Source: Convolutriloba macropyga (lineage: Eukaryota). Taken from it: DNA of 64,000 nucleotides. Each line of letters begins with the position of its first letter. Within the stretch, counting starts at the first letter, position 1. The notes beneath the pieces are model-generated. The model worked only from the letters and a program-made list of their open reading frames with translations. It had not been told where the DNA came from and made no database searches. The stretch is from positions 32,922,001 through 32,986,000 of the forward strand of contig NC_134482.1 in assembly GCF_964194025.1 (NCBI RefSeq). The letters are read 5' to 3'. This document shows positions 1-11,600 of the stretch, one piece after another. Position numbers and translations under genes: made by a program.

Positions 1-1080
1 TTTACGACTTAGAAAATTGCTGGGCCCATAACCTGTTGGGTTATGGGTTTTGGCAAGCGGAATAAAAGCGTTTTTACCTAAGTAGAAAATTTAATTTCTC
101 GAAATGAGAGAATAACAAGAATGATAATTTACAGTAGAAATTAGAGATTTACAGGAGAGATCTGATTATTAGATCAAGATGGTGATTTGATTTTGGGGGT
201 GAAAAAAGGCTCAAAAATCAGCTATATATATACCATTATCAGTGCGAGAAAGTGAAGATACAAAACTAATCTTAGCACCATGATTTACAGTGGGGGTCGC
301 AAGGGTTACCCAATATGGTTTGCTTCTGCAAATTTCCAAGAAATCAGTCGCAGGGTGTACCATAGATGGTATGCATTTACACTTTTCTGAGAATTCGTTC
401 ACATTTCCGGTGGTATAATAATCATTCAAAACATGCTGGGAAAATTTTACAACAAATAATCTCACTCTAATATTAGTTATCTAGATTCACCAATTTGAAT
501 CGAATATTGATTCTAAGCACCATTTCTTGACGATTCATTTATATAAAATCTCTGATCAAAATCAATTTGCTTTTGTCTTTCTAATCTTGTAAGTTAAGCT
601 TTCTTTCTAATTCTCACTAAGTTTAAGACTATAGTTTGATCAACATTCTAACATGATTTCACATTACAATTTATAGTCGACCAATTTATTATTTATTGCC
701 GATATCTTTGCATTTTGAGTTCTAATTTAAGTTTTTGAATCAGGGTTAGTAGGATGCGATTGCTTAGTCTTTTGTAAAAATATTATTTGAATATTGTCAC
801 TTGACTCTGGTTAGTTTCCAGAAATTTCGGGTGTTTTTTGGCTCAGTTAAACAATACTTTAAAATTCCCGGGAACTTCTCACTCTCTACTAGAGAATATC
901 GAGTAATCTTCGCAGTAACCAATTTGGTTAAGAGGTTCGTTTAGAAAATACGAAAAAATTCTACTTCGAAGACTGAATTTCAAAATCTATTTTTAGGATG
1001 CTTGTTCTTATGCGAGCAAGACCCGGAAAATAAACAACAGTTCGTAAGGTTTATTCAATAGCAACAGATCAGATATCAGT

Positions 1081-1603
1081 TTATCCTTTTTTGCTGTTTG
1101 AACTCTTCTTCTTCATTTTCTCCTTCGCTCTACATTTGGGACAGTACCACTTCTTCTTACTAATGCCAGACTCTGGAATCCCAACACAGGGGTAGTGGAA
1201 CCACTCTATAGGACAATCCAGGTTATCACACGCTATCATGTTACCATACGAATACTCATTGCAAATACACCATCTCTGTTCGCTGCAATCAGCCGCTGAG
1301 TTTTCCTCGTTATTATCTTCACCTGTACTCGAATCATTGTCCTGATTTCCAACTAACGCACTTGTAGCACTTTCCAGCTTCCTTTTCCTCTGTTTCGTCG
1401 ATCCCACTATTGGCGATAGAACATACTGGGACGAGTCAATGCCCGAAGGGACGTAAGCGGGTTTCGAACCTGCGCCAGAAGTTGCCCGTAGTCGCTCTAC
1501 GCTCATTTGGCGCTTGGGCCTGTTTTTGACTGAGCTGGTGTCGTAGCTTGATGATGCGTAGTTTTTGGCAATGTTACCCGTGACCTTTTCCAGCAGGTCC
1601 AAG
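1081..1603 (-). CDS. ING3: ING3 exon 5 (PHD finger)
   Basis: Acceptor tttgtcttag|C. ING-type PHD finger WCICNEYSYGNMIACDNLDCPIEWFHYPCVG...WYCPKC, basic tail, TAA; AATAAA on minus strand at 1050-1055. Confidence 0.92.
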
Positions 1604-2367
1604 CTAAGACAAAAGCATAAGCAAATAAGAGAGAACTTGGTCCCGCTTTTCCTCTAACATATTTTCAGTTCAGTTTTTCCACAAGATGTTCAATTCATCC
1701 TTTTAATTCTGATACACAAAAGCCCCTTACTTATAACTATGTGAACAGTCATTAGCAGCGCCTCTAAAATACTGTATATTAAACCGGCATTTTCACATTT
1801 TCAAGTTTGCAGAGCAGAGTTGAGTAGTTAAAATTTTTGAGGAAAAACTAATGGTTTTGAATGTTTAAAACTTCTACGCAACATTTATTTTAAGCAACTA
1901 GGAATATTTACCTTTTTGGCAGGGAATATCGGTCCTCCGATGAATGTAAGGAGTCGTGGAACTTAGTGTCTAAAACAAGACAATACATTATTTCGAGAAA
2001 AAGGATTTCATAAAATTTTGAAAGCTCTGTAGAACTTCATTAGTGAAAAATTAATAAATTTTAGCAATAAACCCAATTTCGTCAGGGCAGAAATACTTTT
2101 GAAATTATCATCAACTATAATTTGATATCATCATTAATTCTTTCAATATTGTTTTTTTCGAACCTGAGTAAATGGTACACTCACAATTTGAACCGATAAT
2201 TACTCAGATGTCCCCATCAGAAAAAGCGCTTGATCTAGTCCTTTCTATCATATTAAATTGATCTCCTCCTTTCTTTTACACTAAATTGTTAAATTTTGAT
2301 CTCTCCTCCCATTTTGAAACAAATATGGGGTGACCATAAAAAAAAACATTTTGAACTCTTAGCTCAC

Positions 2368-2410
2368 TCAGGCGTTGGCTGTAACTGTACCCATCTCGTT
2401 GGGTCATCAA
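2368..2410 (-). CDS. ING3: ING3 exon 4 (43-nt micro-exon, VDDPTRWVQLQPTPD)
   Basis: taattag|TTGATGAC...CCTGA|gtgagc. Phase 1 in, phase 2 out, which exactly reconciles the exon 3 donor with the exon 5 acceptor. Total CDS 1440 nt = 479 aa + stop. Confidence 0.7.
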
Positions 2411-2569
2411 CTAATTACAACTCCTCTCTATTTGGGTGGGCAAAAGATGACAAGATGAACGTAACGCCCCGGAACAAATTTTTGCTGATAAATAAGCATC
2501 TCAGTGAGTAGCTTTGTGAGTGAACCAAGCATCGCACTTAATGACACAGCTATAACTAGCATATTAAAA

Positions 2570-3058
2570 ACCTAGCCAGCAGATCGCCGGATACAAGACC
2601 CAAAATAGACCGCGGAGATCTTGAAAAAAGAACACTGTGATCTAAGACAAAAAACTGCTGCTAAGCAAATTCCGACCAACAATTCTATCCTTATTTCAAA
2701 TCAAATTTCACACACTAATTTCTTTCAAGTGATAGAGCTTTACATTAACCTAGTTAGATTAACTTCCATTCAATTGGAGCTTAAATACTCAATTTAGATT
2801 CACTAGGAGAGCATAGGAATATTTTCTCGGGTGAGGAAAGTCATGCAACTATAGCAAGATTGACAAAGAACTCATTCGAAAAGTGTAATAAATGACGGCA
2901 TTAGCAAAACATCAGTTACAAAGAGATCGAAATCAGTGATAAAGTTGATAGTTGACTTCTTGAAGCAATAGTCGGAACAAAAATCAATCACGATTAAAGA
3001 AAAATCAAAAAAGCATAATGAGACAAATAACAGACGTGCTATCCATCGCGGCTATTAA
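2570..3058 (-). mobile_element. HINE/DINE-1-like non-autonomous Helentron, family A copy A1
   Basis: Left end cctagccagcagatcgccgg with aatagaccgcg; right end cgcggctattaa (3047-3058); internal gtgaggaaagtca motif shared with other A copies. Confidence 0.6.
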
Positions 3059-3274
3059 AGGAATTAAATAAAAGGAAAACAAATTAATTAGGACTGATTA
3101 GAAAGATTTATGCGCAAAGAGAGCAAAATTAAGACAGGCACAAAATTCTAAGAAGCGGCATGACTTTTCAAAACAAGAAGACCTTCCGAAATAGCTCAGA
3201 AATAAACAGATAATTTCTACAAACGGACGTTCAAAAAGACGCCTCCTGATGAAACTGTTAAAAACTGAAATATG

Positions 3275-4346
3275 AACATAGCCGACAGAATAACGCCGTT
3301 GACACACTAATGACACACAAATAGCCGCCGTTGACGCGCTAGACGCACATCGGGATTGAAACACAAACAGAAAAGAAAACGAGATTGAAATTCACAAAAA
3401 GTTTAAAAATTTGTTCTATTTCAGTGTGCAGTATCAGTTAGACTCTAAACCTATACTTACTTCAGCTTCTAAACTGAAGGGTATTAAACTTAATACTAAT
3501 ATCAGCTAGCAATCGCTCTAATGAACTTTGATTGCCTTATGCACTATGAATTGATGACCGGGCTTTATCGGTTTATCCAGTTTCTTTTTGATTTTGCTCT
3601 TTTGACATTGACCGTATTCATTACATTGCGTAATTCAATGCGTGAAAGAATTTACAATACATTCAATTGCAACAGTGAGTGAGGTAAGTCAAAAGTCAGA
3701 CGTGAAAATCGTGACTTATGTAAAACGAAATTTAAAAAACGTAGCAGGAAACGTAGCAGTCCTGACGTACAATTCAAAGAATTTTCATTGAATAAACAAA
3801 AAACTAAACCTAGAACGGACTATGAGTGAATTGGAGAAAACCATTTCTAAAAAATCAGATCAAAAACAAAAAAATACTGAAAATCAATGTCAAAATGCCG
3901 TTAGCCAGAACAAAAAACCAATAGCGAGAAATGTAAATTTGATTCTAACGAAAAATTAGGCCCAGAATAAACTATGGATGGAATGAAAAAACCACTAAGA
4001 AAAAATTCAATCCAAAAAATGAAAAAACAGTAAAAACCAAAATGAAATTGCCGCATGTTAACAAGAAACCACTAGCGGGAAAGCGAATTTATGTACAAAC
4101 ACCGTTTTCTCACTCTACTTTAAAATTAGAGCAAAAAAATGTTACGTCGGAAAACCACTCGCTTTTTCGCTCCATTTCCTGTGTCGGCGTAACCAAAATC
4201 ACAACTCCAATTTGACTTCGAAAATCATGAAAATGTGTGAATAGATCTTAAAAGACAGCGCCCCAATACAAGTCAAATTCTTTGAATTGTAAAAAAAGGA
4301 GAGCGCCTAAATAATAGCCATTTGCGAGGCTGACGGCGGCTATCAA
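3275..4346 (-). mobile_element. HINE-like family A copy A2, containing nested family C element (about 3738-4293)
   Basis: subTIR atagccgccgt (3321-3331) / acggcggctat (4333-4343); partial IR aatagcc near right end; interior homologous to 4748-5152. Confidence 0.7.
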
Positions 4347-4747
4347 CAACAACTAAATACCAAAGACGCACACGCAAGAAACAGGTTGAGTGATAAATTG
4401 ATCCGAAAAAAACGAAAACCGACAAGAAAATTGCTAACGGTCGACTTCCAAAAAAACTTTGACAACTGAATTGGTCGGTAGGCTGCTTAAAACTCCACGA
4501 TCAACGAATTGAATAGACCAATAACATGTTTTCTTTTGGGATTGGTATTCCGCTAATAATTTAGATTTTGCCCACAATTTGGATCAGTAGCAAAAATTCT
4601 TACCAAGGACGATTATGATCACAGAAATAAGCTATGAGTGAAAGATTTAGTTGCCAGGTTAAATCAGTTAGACAAAAAATATTATAATAGAAATGCATCA
4701 AAAAGACCAAAAGGACTTAACAATTGTTACAACTTCATCTAAAGCAA

Positions 4748-5152
4748 AACATAGCCAGCAGATTTTCGGAAAATAGCCGCCGTTGACGCGCTAGATGCAG
4801 ATCAAGATTGAAACAGAAAAAGAAGAGATTGAAATTGACAAGTGTCAAAAATTGTTCTAAGTCAGTGTGCAATTTCAGTTAGATTCTGAATCTATACTTT
4901 CTTCAGCTTCTAAACTGAAGGGTATTAAGCTTAATACTAATATCAGCGAGCAATCGCTCTAATGAACTTTGATAACCTAATGCACTATGAATTAATGACC
5001 GGGATTTATCGGTTTATCCCGTTTCTTTTGATTTTGCTCTTTTGACATTGACCATATTCATTACATTGCGTAATTCAATGCGTGAAAGAATTTAGAATGC
5101 GTTCAGCTGAAACAGTGAGTGAGGTAAGTCAGAAGTCAAACGTGAAAATCGT
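4748..5152 (-). mobile_element. HINE-like family A copy A3 (truncated)
   Basis: Starts aacatagccagcagattttcggaaaatagccgccgt; roughly 90% similar to 3320-3712; no right end found. Confidence 0.65.
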
Positions 5153-5556
5153 TGAAAAAAATTGAACCGAAAGATTTAGGCGAACTATTTGAAAAACCTC
5201 TTTGGTCTTGGCAGCAAACATCTGAGGCCTGTTCCAGTCATAAACAATCGAAAATTATATGGACTTCCATTTCTCAATTGAGTGAAGAAAAATTTACCCA
5301 TTTGCTCATAACATGCTCAGCACATGCGTGAATAAATATATCAGAGGAAGAATTCTTCAAGTACCAAAAATGGGAGCCGAGTAAACAACAGCCATTGAAG
5401 GACGACTCGTAATGACTAAATGAAATATTAATAGTGCGGAGAAATATCACCAGGGTTACAATAGCTGTTAATCAAATAATAATTTCACTGTTATATAACA
5501 GATCGTAAGTTTACACACCACCCTCTTAATCCTCCGCAAGCAGCACGACTGCATAC

Positions 5557-5889
5557 CTGGAGGGGGTGAGGTAGGAGGCGTATAGAACCCAAAAGTTGAA
5601 CTTTTTCGTTGACTCTGGACCCATTTGTCACCAGGGTCGTCAAACCCTTCATCATCGTCATCATCATCCTCATCGTCATCAAGGATACCTGGATCCCGTT
5701 TGACAGCAAGGGGAGTGCTACTTCCACTTGCATGTAACACCCTCGGACCACCGACACTTCCATTGTTTCGGTACCCCGACCGATCTGCACTGTTAGCAGA
5801 TCCAAGGGACTTTCTGGAACCCCCAGCGGTGGAGTTCGAAATACTTTGTGACACACTATTACTAGTGCCATTTCTCGTATCACCACCAC
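5557..5889 (-). CDS. ING3: ING3 exon 3 (Ser/Gly-rich and acidic linker)
   Basis: Acceptor ctaccag|GT in phase 1; open GC-richer frame GGGDTRNG...DDDEDDDDDDEG...PPTSPPP; donor CCAG|gtatgc, phase 1. Confidence 0.8.
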
Positions 5890-5936
5890 CTGGTAGAGTG
5901 AATAAAATCTTACTCAAAATTTCGATCAAAAGGACG

Positions 5937-6242
5937 AACATAACCGGCTAACGAAAGACAAATTGCTCTCAAACAACTGACGTGGGGTAGTAGCTAGCTT
6001 ACTGCCGACGCTAGCTCAGTGGCTGCGCAGGCAGAAGAAACGGGGGGCGGATTTACGACTTATCAAAAGTTTCGATGAAACATACTCTTAGACACGTTAA
6101 GCGACTTGAGAACCAGGGGAGTTTATCCCGTTTCTTTGGACGATAAGTCAAATAGGTCAGACGAAAAAAGAACGATCAAGCAACAAAATAACAGACCAAC
6201 AGGACCCAAATAGTTGATACATTTTTGTTTGAGAGCAATTAA
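5937..6242 (-). mobile_element. HINE-like family B copy B1
   Basis: Starts aacataaccggctaa; perfect 16-bp subTIR aattgctctcaaacaa (5961-5976) / ttgtttgagagcaatt (6225-6240), followed by aa. Confidence 0.65.
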
Positions 6243-6669
6243 ATGTTCCTACATAGGACCCAACTATTTTCACCCTATAGGAAACAAGGTGGCATGAATG
6301 TGCACAAACTACCGCAACATTAAACAACCCTGATGAAATCAAAGGTCTGAATATAAGGTTACTGGAGATAAAACATGGAATATGAATCAACAAATCCAGA
6401 AAAACGGATTCAAATACGATACAAACTCTCCTTTGAAAAGAATCTCAAAACATCGTAATCTTCACAGGTATATTTACACATCCGCTGATCAGATCCAGAA
6501 TTTTAAAATGAAATTTCCTCTCAGCATGTCAGTCCTTTCTGTAGATAAATAAATTAAAGGTAAACTGCGTTAATCAGACGCATTTTCATGCAATTACAAG
6601 CCCTAAGTAGTACACTGTGGGTGTCCATGGGATAAAGTGGACTTCGGCTACAGTAAATTCTAAAATAAG

Positions 6670-7725
6670 AACATAGCTGGCAGATTGCCAGAAAATAGCC
6701 GCAATAGATTCGTAGAACGGCAGTCTAAAAAAAAGTAAAAAAGACAGACCAAAAAAATTCGTCTTTTCATTGAAGGCTGATCTGTTATATTTTGATTAAA
6801 AATCTGTATAACTTATTGCTGCCTCTATTAGCTGATCACAAATAACCTTCATTTAGAGTGACACACACCCATTTGACCTTATCTCTTTGAATTAAAAGTC
6901 AATTTTCAAAGTGAGGAAGTCATTTTTGAGAGTGAGGTAAGTCAAGTGTGACCAAAAATTTAATCACGCGAATGAAAAAAAAACTCGCTCCACTAAGAGC
7001 GAAAAATGACGTCACACATGCAATTCAGTTGAAATTGCATGAACGAATGAACAAAAAGTGGCTGTGACGTCATATGGTCGTAACAAAAATCATGACGACG
7101 AAATAAAAAAACATAGCAGGACAAGTCCTGACGTACAATTCAAAGAATTTTCATTGACCAAACAGAAAAACTAGACCTAGAATGGACTATGAGGGAATTG
7201 AGAAAACCATTTTTAAAAAAAAATCAGAACAAAAAAATAAGAAATAAACAGAAAATCAATGTCAAAATGCCGCATGTGAACAAAAAAACCACTAGCGAGA
7301 ATTGAAAATTTAATTCAAACAAAAAGCTAGGCCTAGAATGAGCTGTGAATGATCGGGAAAACCATTTAGAAAAAAAATCCCGTCCAAAAAATCGAAAAAA
7401 CAGTAAAAATCAGAGTGAAATTGCCGCATGTGAACAAAAAACCACTACCGAGAAACCGAATTTTTGTTCAAACACCGTTTTCTCACTCTACTTTAAAATT
7501 AGAGCGAAAAAAAATTCACGCCGCAAAACCACTCGCTTTTTCGCTCCATTTCCTGTTTCGGCGTGAGAAAAATCACTACTCCAATTTGACTTCAAAAATC
7601 ATGAAAATGTGTGAACAGATCTTAAAAAAAAAAAGACAGCGCCCCAATACAATTCAAATTCTTTGAATTGTAAAAAACCAAGAGAAGGCCAATAATAGCC
7701 CCAGCTATCGCTGTGCGGCTATTAA
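6670..7725 (-). mobile_element. HINE-like family A copy A4 with nested family C
   Basis: Hairpin ctggca-gat-tgccag (6677-6691); subTIR aatagccgca (6694-6703) / tgcggctatt (7714-7723); partial IR aatagcc; very similar to 39877-42017. Confidence 0.75.
7110..7674 (-). mobile_element. HINE-like family C element nested in A4
   Basis: aacatag + hairpin caggac-aa-gtcctg (7117-7130) + 17-bp subTIR tacaattcaaagaattt (7134-7150) / aaattctttgaattgta (7656-7672); terminal hairpin tacaattcaaa-ttc-tttgaattgta; two internal repeats of about 155 bp. Confidence 0.7.
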
Positions 7726-7828
7726 TAATTACTTTACTGGTCCTCGCTGGAAAAAATTTTGTGAACAGGTCCAAACAGAGCGACCAAGTTCATTTGCCAA
7801 ACATCCCACAACGCACAATTATGCTCAC

Positions 7829-8063
7829 CTTTTAATGCATTATTTTTATTACTCTTGTGATGACCCGTGGATGAAGTAGACTTCTGAGACTTAACACTGG
7901 CAGTGTCTGAACTGTTAGCCTCTGGCACAGCAGGTGTGGCACCCAAGAGTGAGTATCTGGATACCGATTCCTCCTCCGCCAGCTGTCTGGACACTTTCGC
8001 TTCCAGTATCTGAGTGATTCCTGCATTGTCTGCTTCCAGCTCCATTTTGAATTTGTTCAGATC
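7829..8063 (-). CDS. ING3: ING3 exon 2
   Basis: Acceptor atttcag| then DLNKFKMELEADNAGITQILE (conserved ING3 motif). Donor AAAG|gtgagc, phase 1. Confidence 0.9.
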
Positions 8064-8376
8064 CTGAAATCACTTCAGTTTAAACTGGCAATGCTTTAAT
8101 ACATTATACAGGTTTTAAGATAATAGGCAAAATGAATTTTTGTAGCCAACATGCAAAAATTTTGCGAATACCTGAAGGGCGGTGCTTATCGTTTTAAGAC
8201 AAGACTAGCAATAAAATTTTAACTTTATTACCCTCCGGCTTTATCATTATAAACCGTTCCTCTTAGATGAAAAAAGCTCAAAATATATGAAACCACGAAA
8301 ATTGCGTACCAAAATAAAAGCAATACAATTTGAGAGCATCTAAAAACTGAAAATGGTGGAAGAAGGCAGAACTGAC

Positions 8377-8682
8377 CTCGTCGAGTCTTTTGGAGTACCT
8401 GTCGACCAAATTGAACAACTGCCCAACTACGTTCACCTTCTCACTTGCATCAACCATCGCACCTCTGTAGCCCTCTTCCACTTCTTCTAGAACCTTCTGT
8501 CTATGTCTGACGTCATCGTCCTTGTTCACGCCTCCGGCTGAACTACATTGTTGCATTTTCTTTTGCAGAAGCTCGACTTGATTTTGGACTGAGAGATCTA
8601 GCTCACGGACTGTTGTGCATTTCTCTCGGACTTCGCTAGGGAGAGTTTCAATTAACTCAAGGAAGTCTTCCAAATATAGCAT
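8377..8682 (-). CDS. ING3: Inhibitor of growth protein 3, exon 1 (ING N-terminal coiled-coil domain)
   Basis: Translates MLYLEDFLELIETLPSEVREKCTTVRELDLSVQNQ..., matching the ING3-type N-terminus (MLYLEDYLEMIEQLP). Ends ...KRLDE at donor GAG|gtcagt, phase 0. Confidence 0.9.
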
Positions 8683-11600
8683 TTTTTTTCTGAAATGCAT
8701 CGACTATTTTAAGTGTCATAAAGAAACTTGTACACGCATTGTTGTTAAAATTAATGGTCACCAAAGTAAACCATACTGATGTACATGAAAAAGGGAGCAA
8801 CAAAGGCAGCTAGCGTCAATAGCTGGATGAAAACGTAGCATCGCCCTCCAACAAAAAATATCGCCAGTGTATCAATTCTCAGGTGATTGTTATTATTATG
8901 ACTACAACACTATCATCAAAAGCTACTATCATCAAAAGTGTTCTGTAGTGTAATGTGGAACTGAATCAAGCAATCAAGAAAAATAAGCATGATAAAAGTG
9001 TTGCGACCCAAATCAGGTTCACCAGTAGCATAAGTTGACTCGAGTAACAAATTTGACCATTGATTTACAAGACGGCAAAAAACCCCCAACCATTTCCGAT
9101 ATTCGTAATTTATGATATTTGAGAACCTAGAACCAACGTAGTACCCAAATAAAAAATCCGTACGCAACAGCGCAAGTTGAAAAACTATATGCTAGAAGAA
9201 GAACTGTAATTTAGTGTAAGAAATGGTAAAATTAACGAAGCAATTGGTTTCAAATATAGCTATTTTTAAGCCGCCTTTATCTCAACACTAAATGGCGCAA
9301 TAATCTAAACCACAATTAGCCTTATCGCTTATATTTATCACTAATTTTAACTAAAATAATGCGTCGTGTTGATGTACATTCTCGGATAATACTAATTGCT
9401 AATAATTAGCTACTACACGGCACAATTATTTAATTAACCAATTAGACGCACGCACACTAACTGAAGCTTTTTGCGACAGACTCATGTTTAAATGGCACAA
9501 GTCGAGACACATTTTGATGCAGTATTTTTTAAAAATATTGTGTCTCTGCAATACATTCATAATTTTCCTCATTTACGAAGACTTGAAAAAATATTTACAG
9601 CAGAGCAAACTCATTTGGAGACAATTTTAACTCATTCCACATAACAAAACGCGCTGGTGCTCTAAGGTCCAGAAAATAGGCAGAAATTTTCAAGTTTTAA
9701 AAAGGTAGTTCACTTCATAGAGTAGGTATCTAGCAATCGTAGAACTGCTTAAAAGAAATATTATAACGCTGACAAACCCCCCCCCCCCGCGCCAAAAATA
9801 ACAGGCCTCATAAGACCAATGGCGTCAACAGGATGTCAGGAGAAAAGTCATGGCGATTTAAATTGAGTGCGGTACAAAAATAGAATCCAATCCAAGGATT
9901 CTAGTTTAAATGACGAGGTCTTATAAATTGCTATAAAATGATCCATTTTGTTTTCTTTTGTCTTTCTTTCCAAGTCCATAAAGATCACGGCGGAACACTG
10001 GTTCTGCCGTGAACACAGTTTCCAGTAAAAGATTCATCCTCTAATTCATGGCTGTCATTGCCAAAAAGTATTTAAAAAAATTAAATATTTGAGAGTCTGG
10101 TGAAAATATTCAATCCAATATGTTAAAGAGTTAACATGACAATTTAACCAAATTCAAACTGACCCATTCGCCAGGACACCCAATTTATTCCCTCCGACGC
10201 TTTCGTTCAATAAACAGACTACAGATGAGCAGTGGGTATTTGAAGCATTTTTAACATGTTAAGCGGATAAATGATGGGTTGTGATAGCTTCATATCAAGT
10301 CCCACCGGCCGCTGAGGCAGGACCCAATGAACTAGTCTCCAATTTAAAACTTGGTAAAAATTTTTATCTGTTGTCAGGACAAATTACACAATGAAAATAT
10401 ACCCAATGTGACACGACATTCAAAATATGCCCAAAATTTTACACTAACGTTGAATTTAATATGATTATTTAGCATAATTCAGACTGTGTATGGCACAATG
10501 TTCCGACATACGTCTCAAGATTGGGAAAAACTATTTTCTGTTCTGAGAGGAAAATCTCTTTCTACTATCAGTTTTGCAAAGCTCAAATTGAAACAATTTT
10601 TGTAGCAAATTTGATTATAAGATTTTTTGATTATAATTACAACCCTCGTTTTGATATAACTTAGCAGATATCAAACCAAATACATTGTCAAATATCCTCA
10701 AAAATAAAGCAGTTCCTCGGATAATTCAACAAGATCGACCAGTCGCAAAACAATTCATTCCAAAGAAACGCGGACAGTTATATGCAAAAAGAAAGTGAAG
10801 CAATGAATATACACAAAAGAACTAGCAAGAAAATGACTCCTCCTTTCTCACCTATTTTTTCGAATTGAAAATATAACCAACCGATGAAATCGTTATCAGT
10901 AAGTCACACGCAGACTCTTCGTTGAAAATTTTTAAGATCAAAATGTTACCAAATATCACGACGTCATCAAAAAAGTTTCAATTGTTGAAAGTCAAGTTGT
11001 CTTTTCGATAAGAACTCTGTTTAATTTTAATTTCAACTAATTCCCACAGTTTATAATTTGTCTTTATAAACAATCTGACTTTTTTTAACAAAATATGTTT
11101 GAATATTTAGGTGACAAATAAAAAAAAAGAAACTGAAGTTCTTTTTAATTTTTGTTTTGAAATAATTGAGTTTTCAGTTGTATTTACCTCTAGGTGGTGG
11201 ATTCTGTATATTGACGATTCAATCAATTTCGCGCCAACTGTAAAAAAAATACATTTCAAAACCAACCAAGCATAAGTTGAGAAGACGGCTGGAACATTTA
11301 CAAAGATATTAATCAATTATCTCAAATGAAAGCATTCTTCCGTTCATCTCATAACAAAGACAAACAAAAGTGACTCCTATAAAATTTCGAGTCAATTGAA
11401 TTGCTTATAAAAAAGATATCATTTGAACAGATTAAATTTCAAAATTATGAATCTGAAGTAAGATATTTTTTTCGCTCTTTTCTCAAGTGTTTGCCTTTCC
11501 TGTTTTTGTTTTTAATGTCTTTTAAAGAACCAATTCTGGTATTGTATATCATAGTTGGACTTCAAATGATGAAGGGTTACATTGAGGAACGGATACAATG

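Noticed and set aside
3245-3272. Hammerhead ribozyme cores (ctgatga...gaaa; also near 6330, 33171 and 56373)
   Set aside because: No flanking helices I-III could be formed.
5625-5951. Poly-Ser + strand ORF and other antisense or alternative-frame ORFs over exons and pol
   Set aside because: They are shadows of the real coding frames.
6929-6965. Spliced-leader RNA gene at GAG|GTAAGT
   Set aside because: No convincing Sm-binding site or conserved stem-loops, and downstream sequence differs among copies.
7345-7666. Recurrent short ORFs (e.g. KLPHVNKKPLPRNRIF; also at 23798, 40550, 41643)
   Set aside because: They are translations of family C repeat DNA; frames and stops differ between copies.
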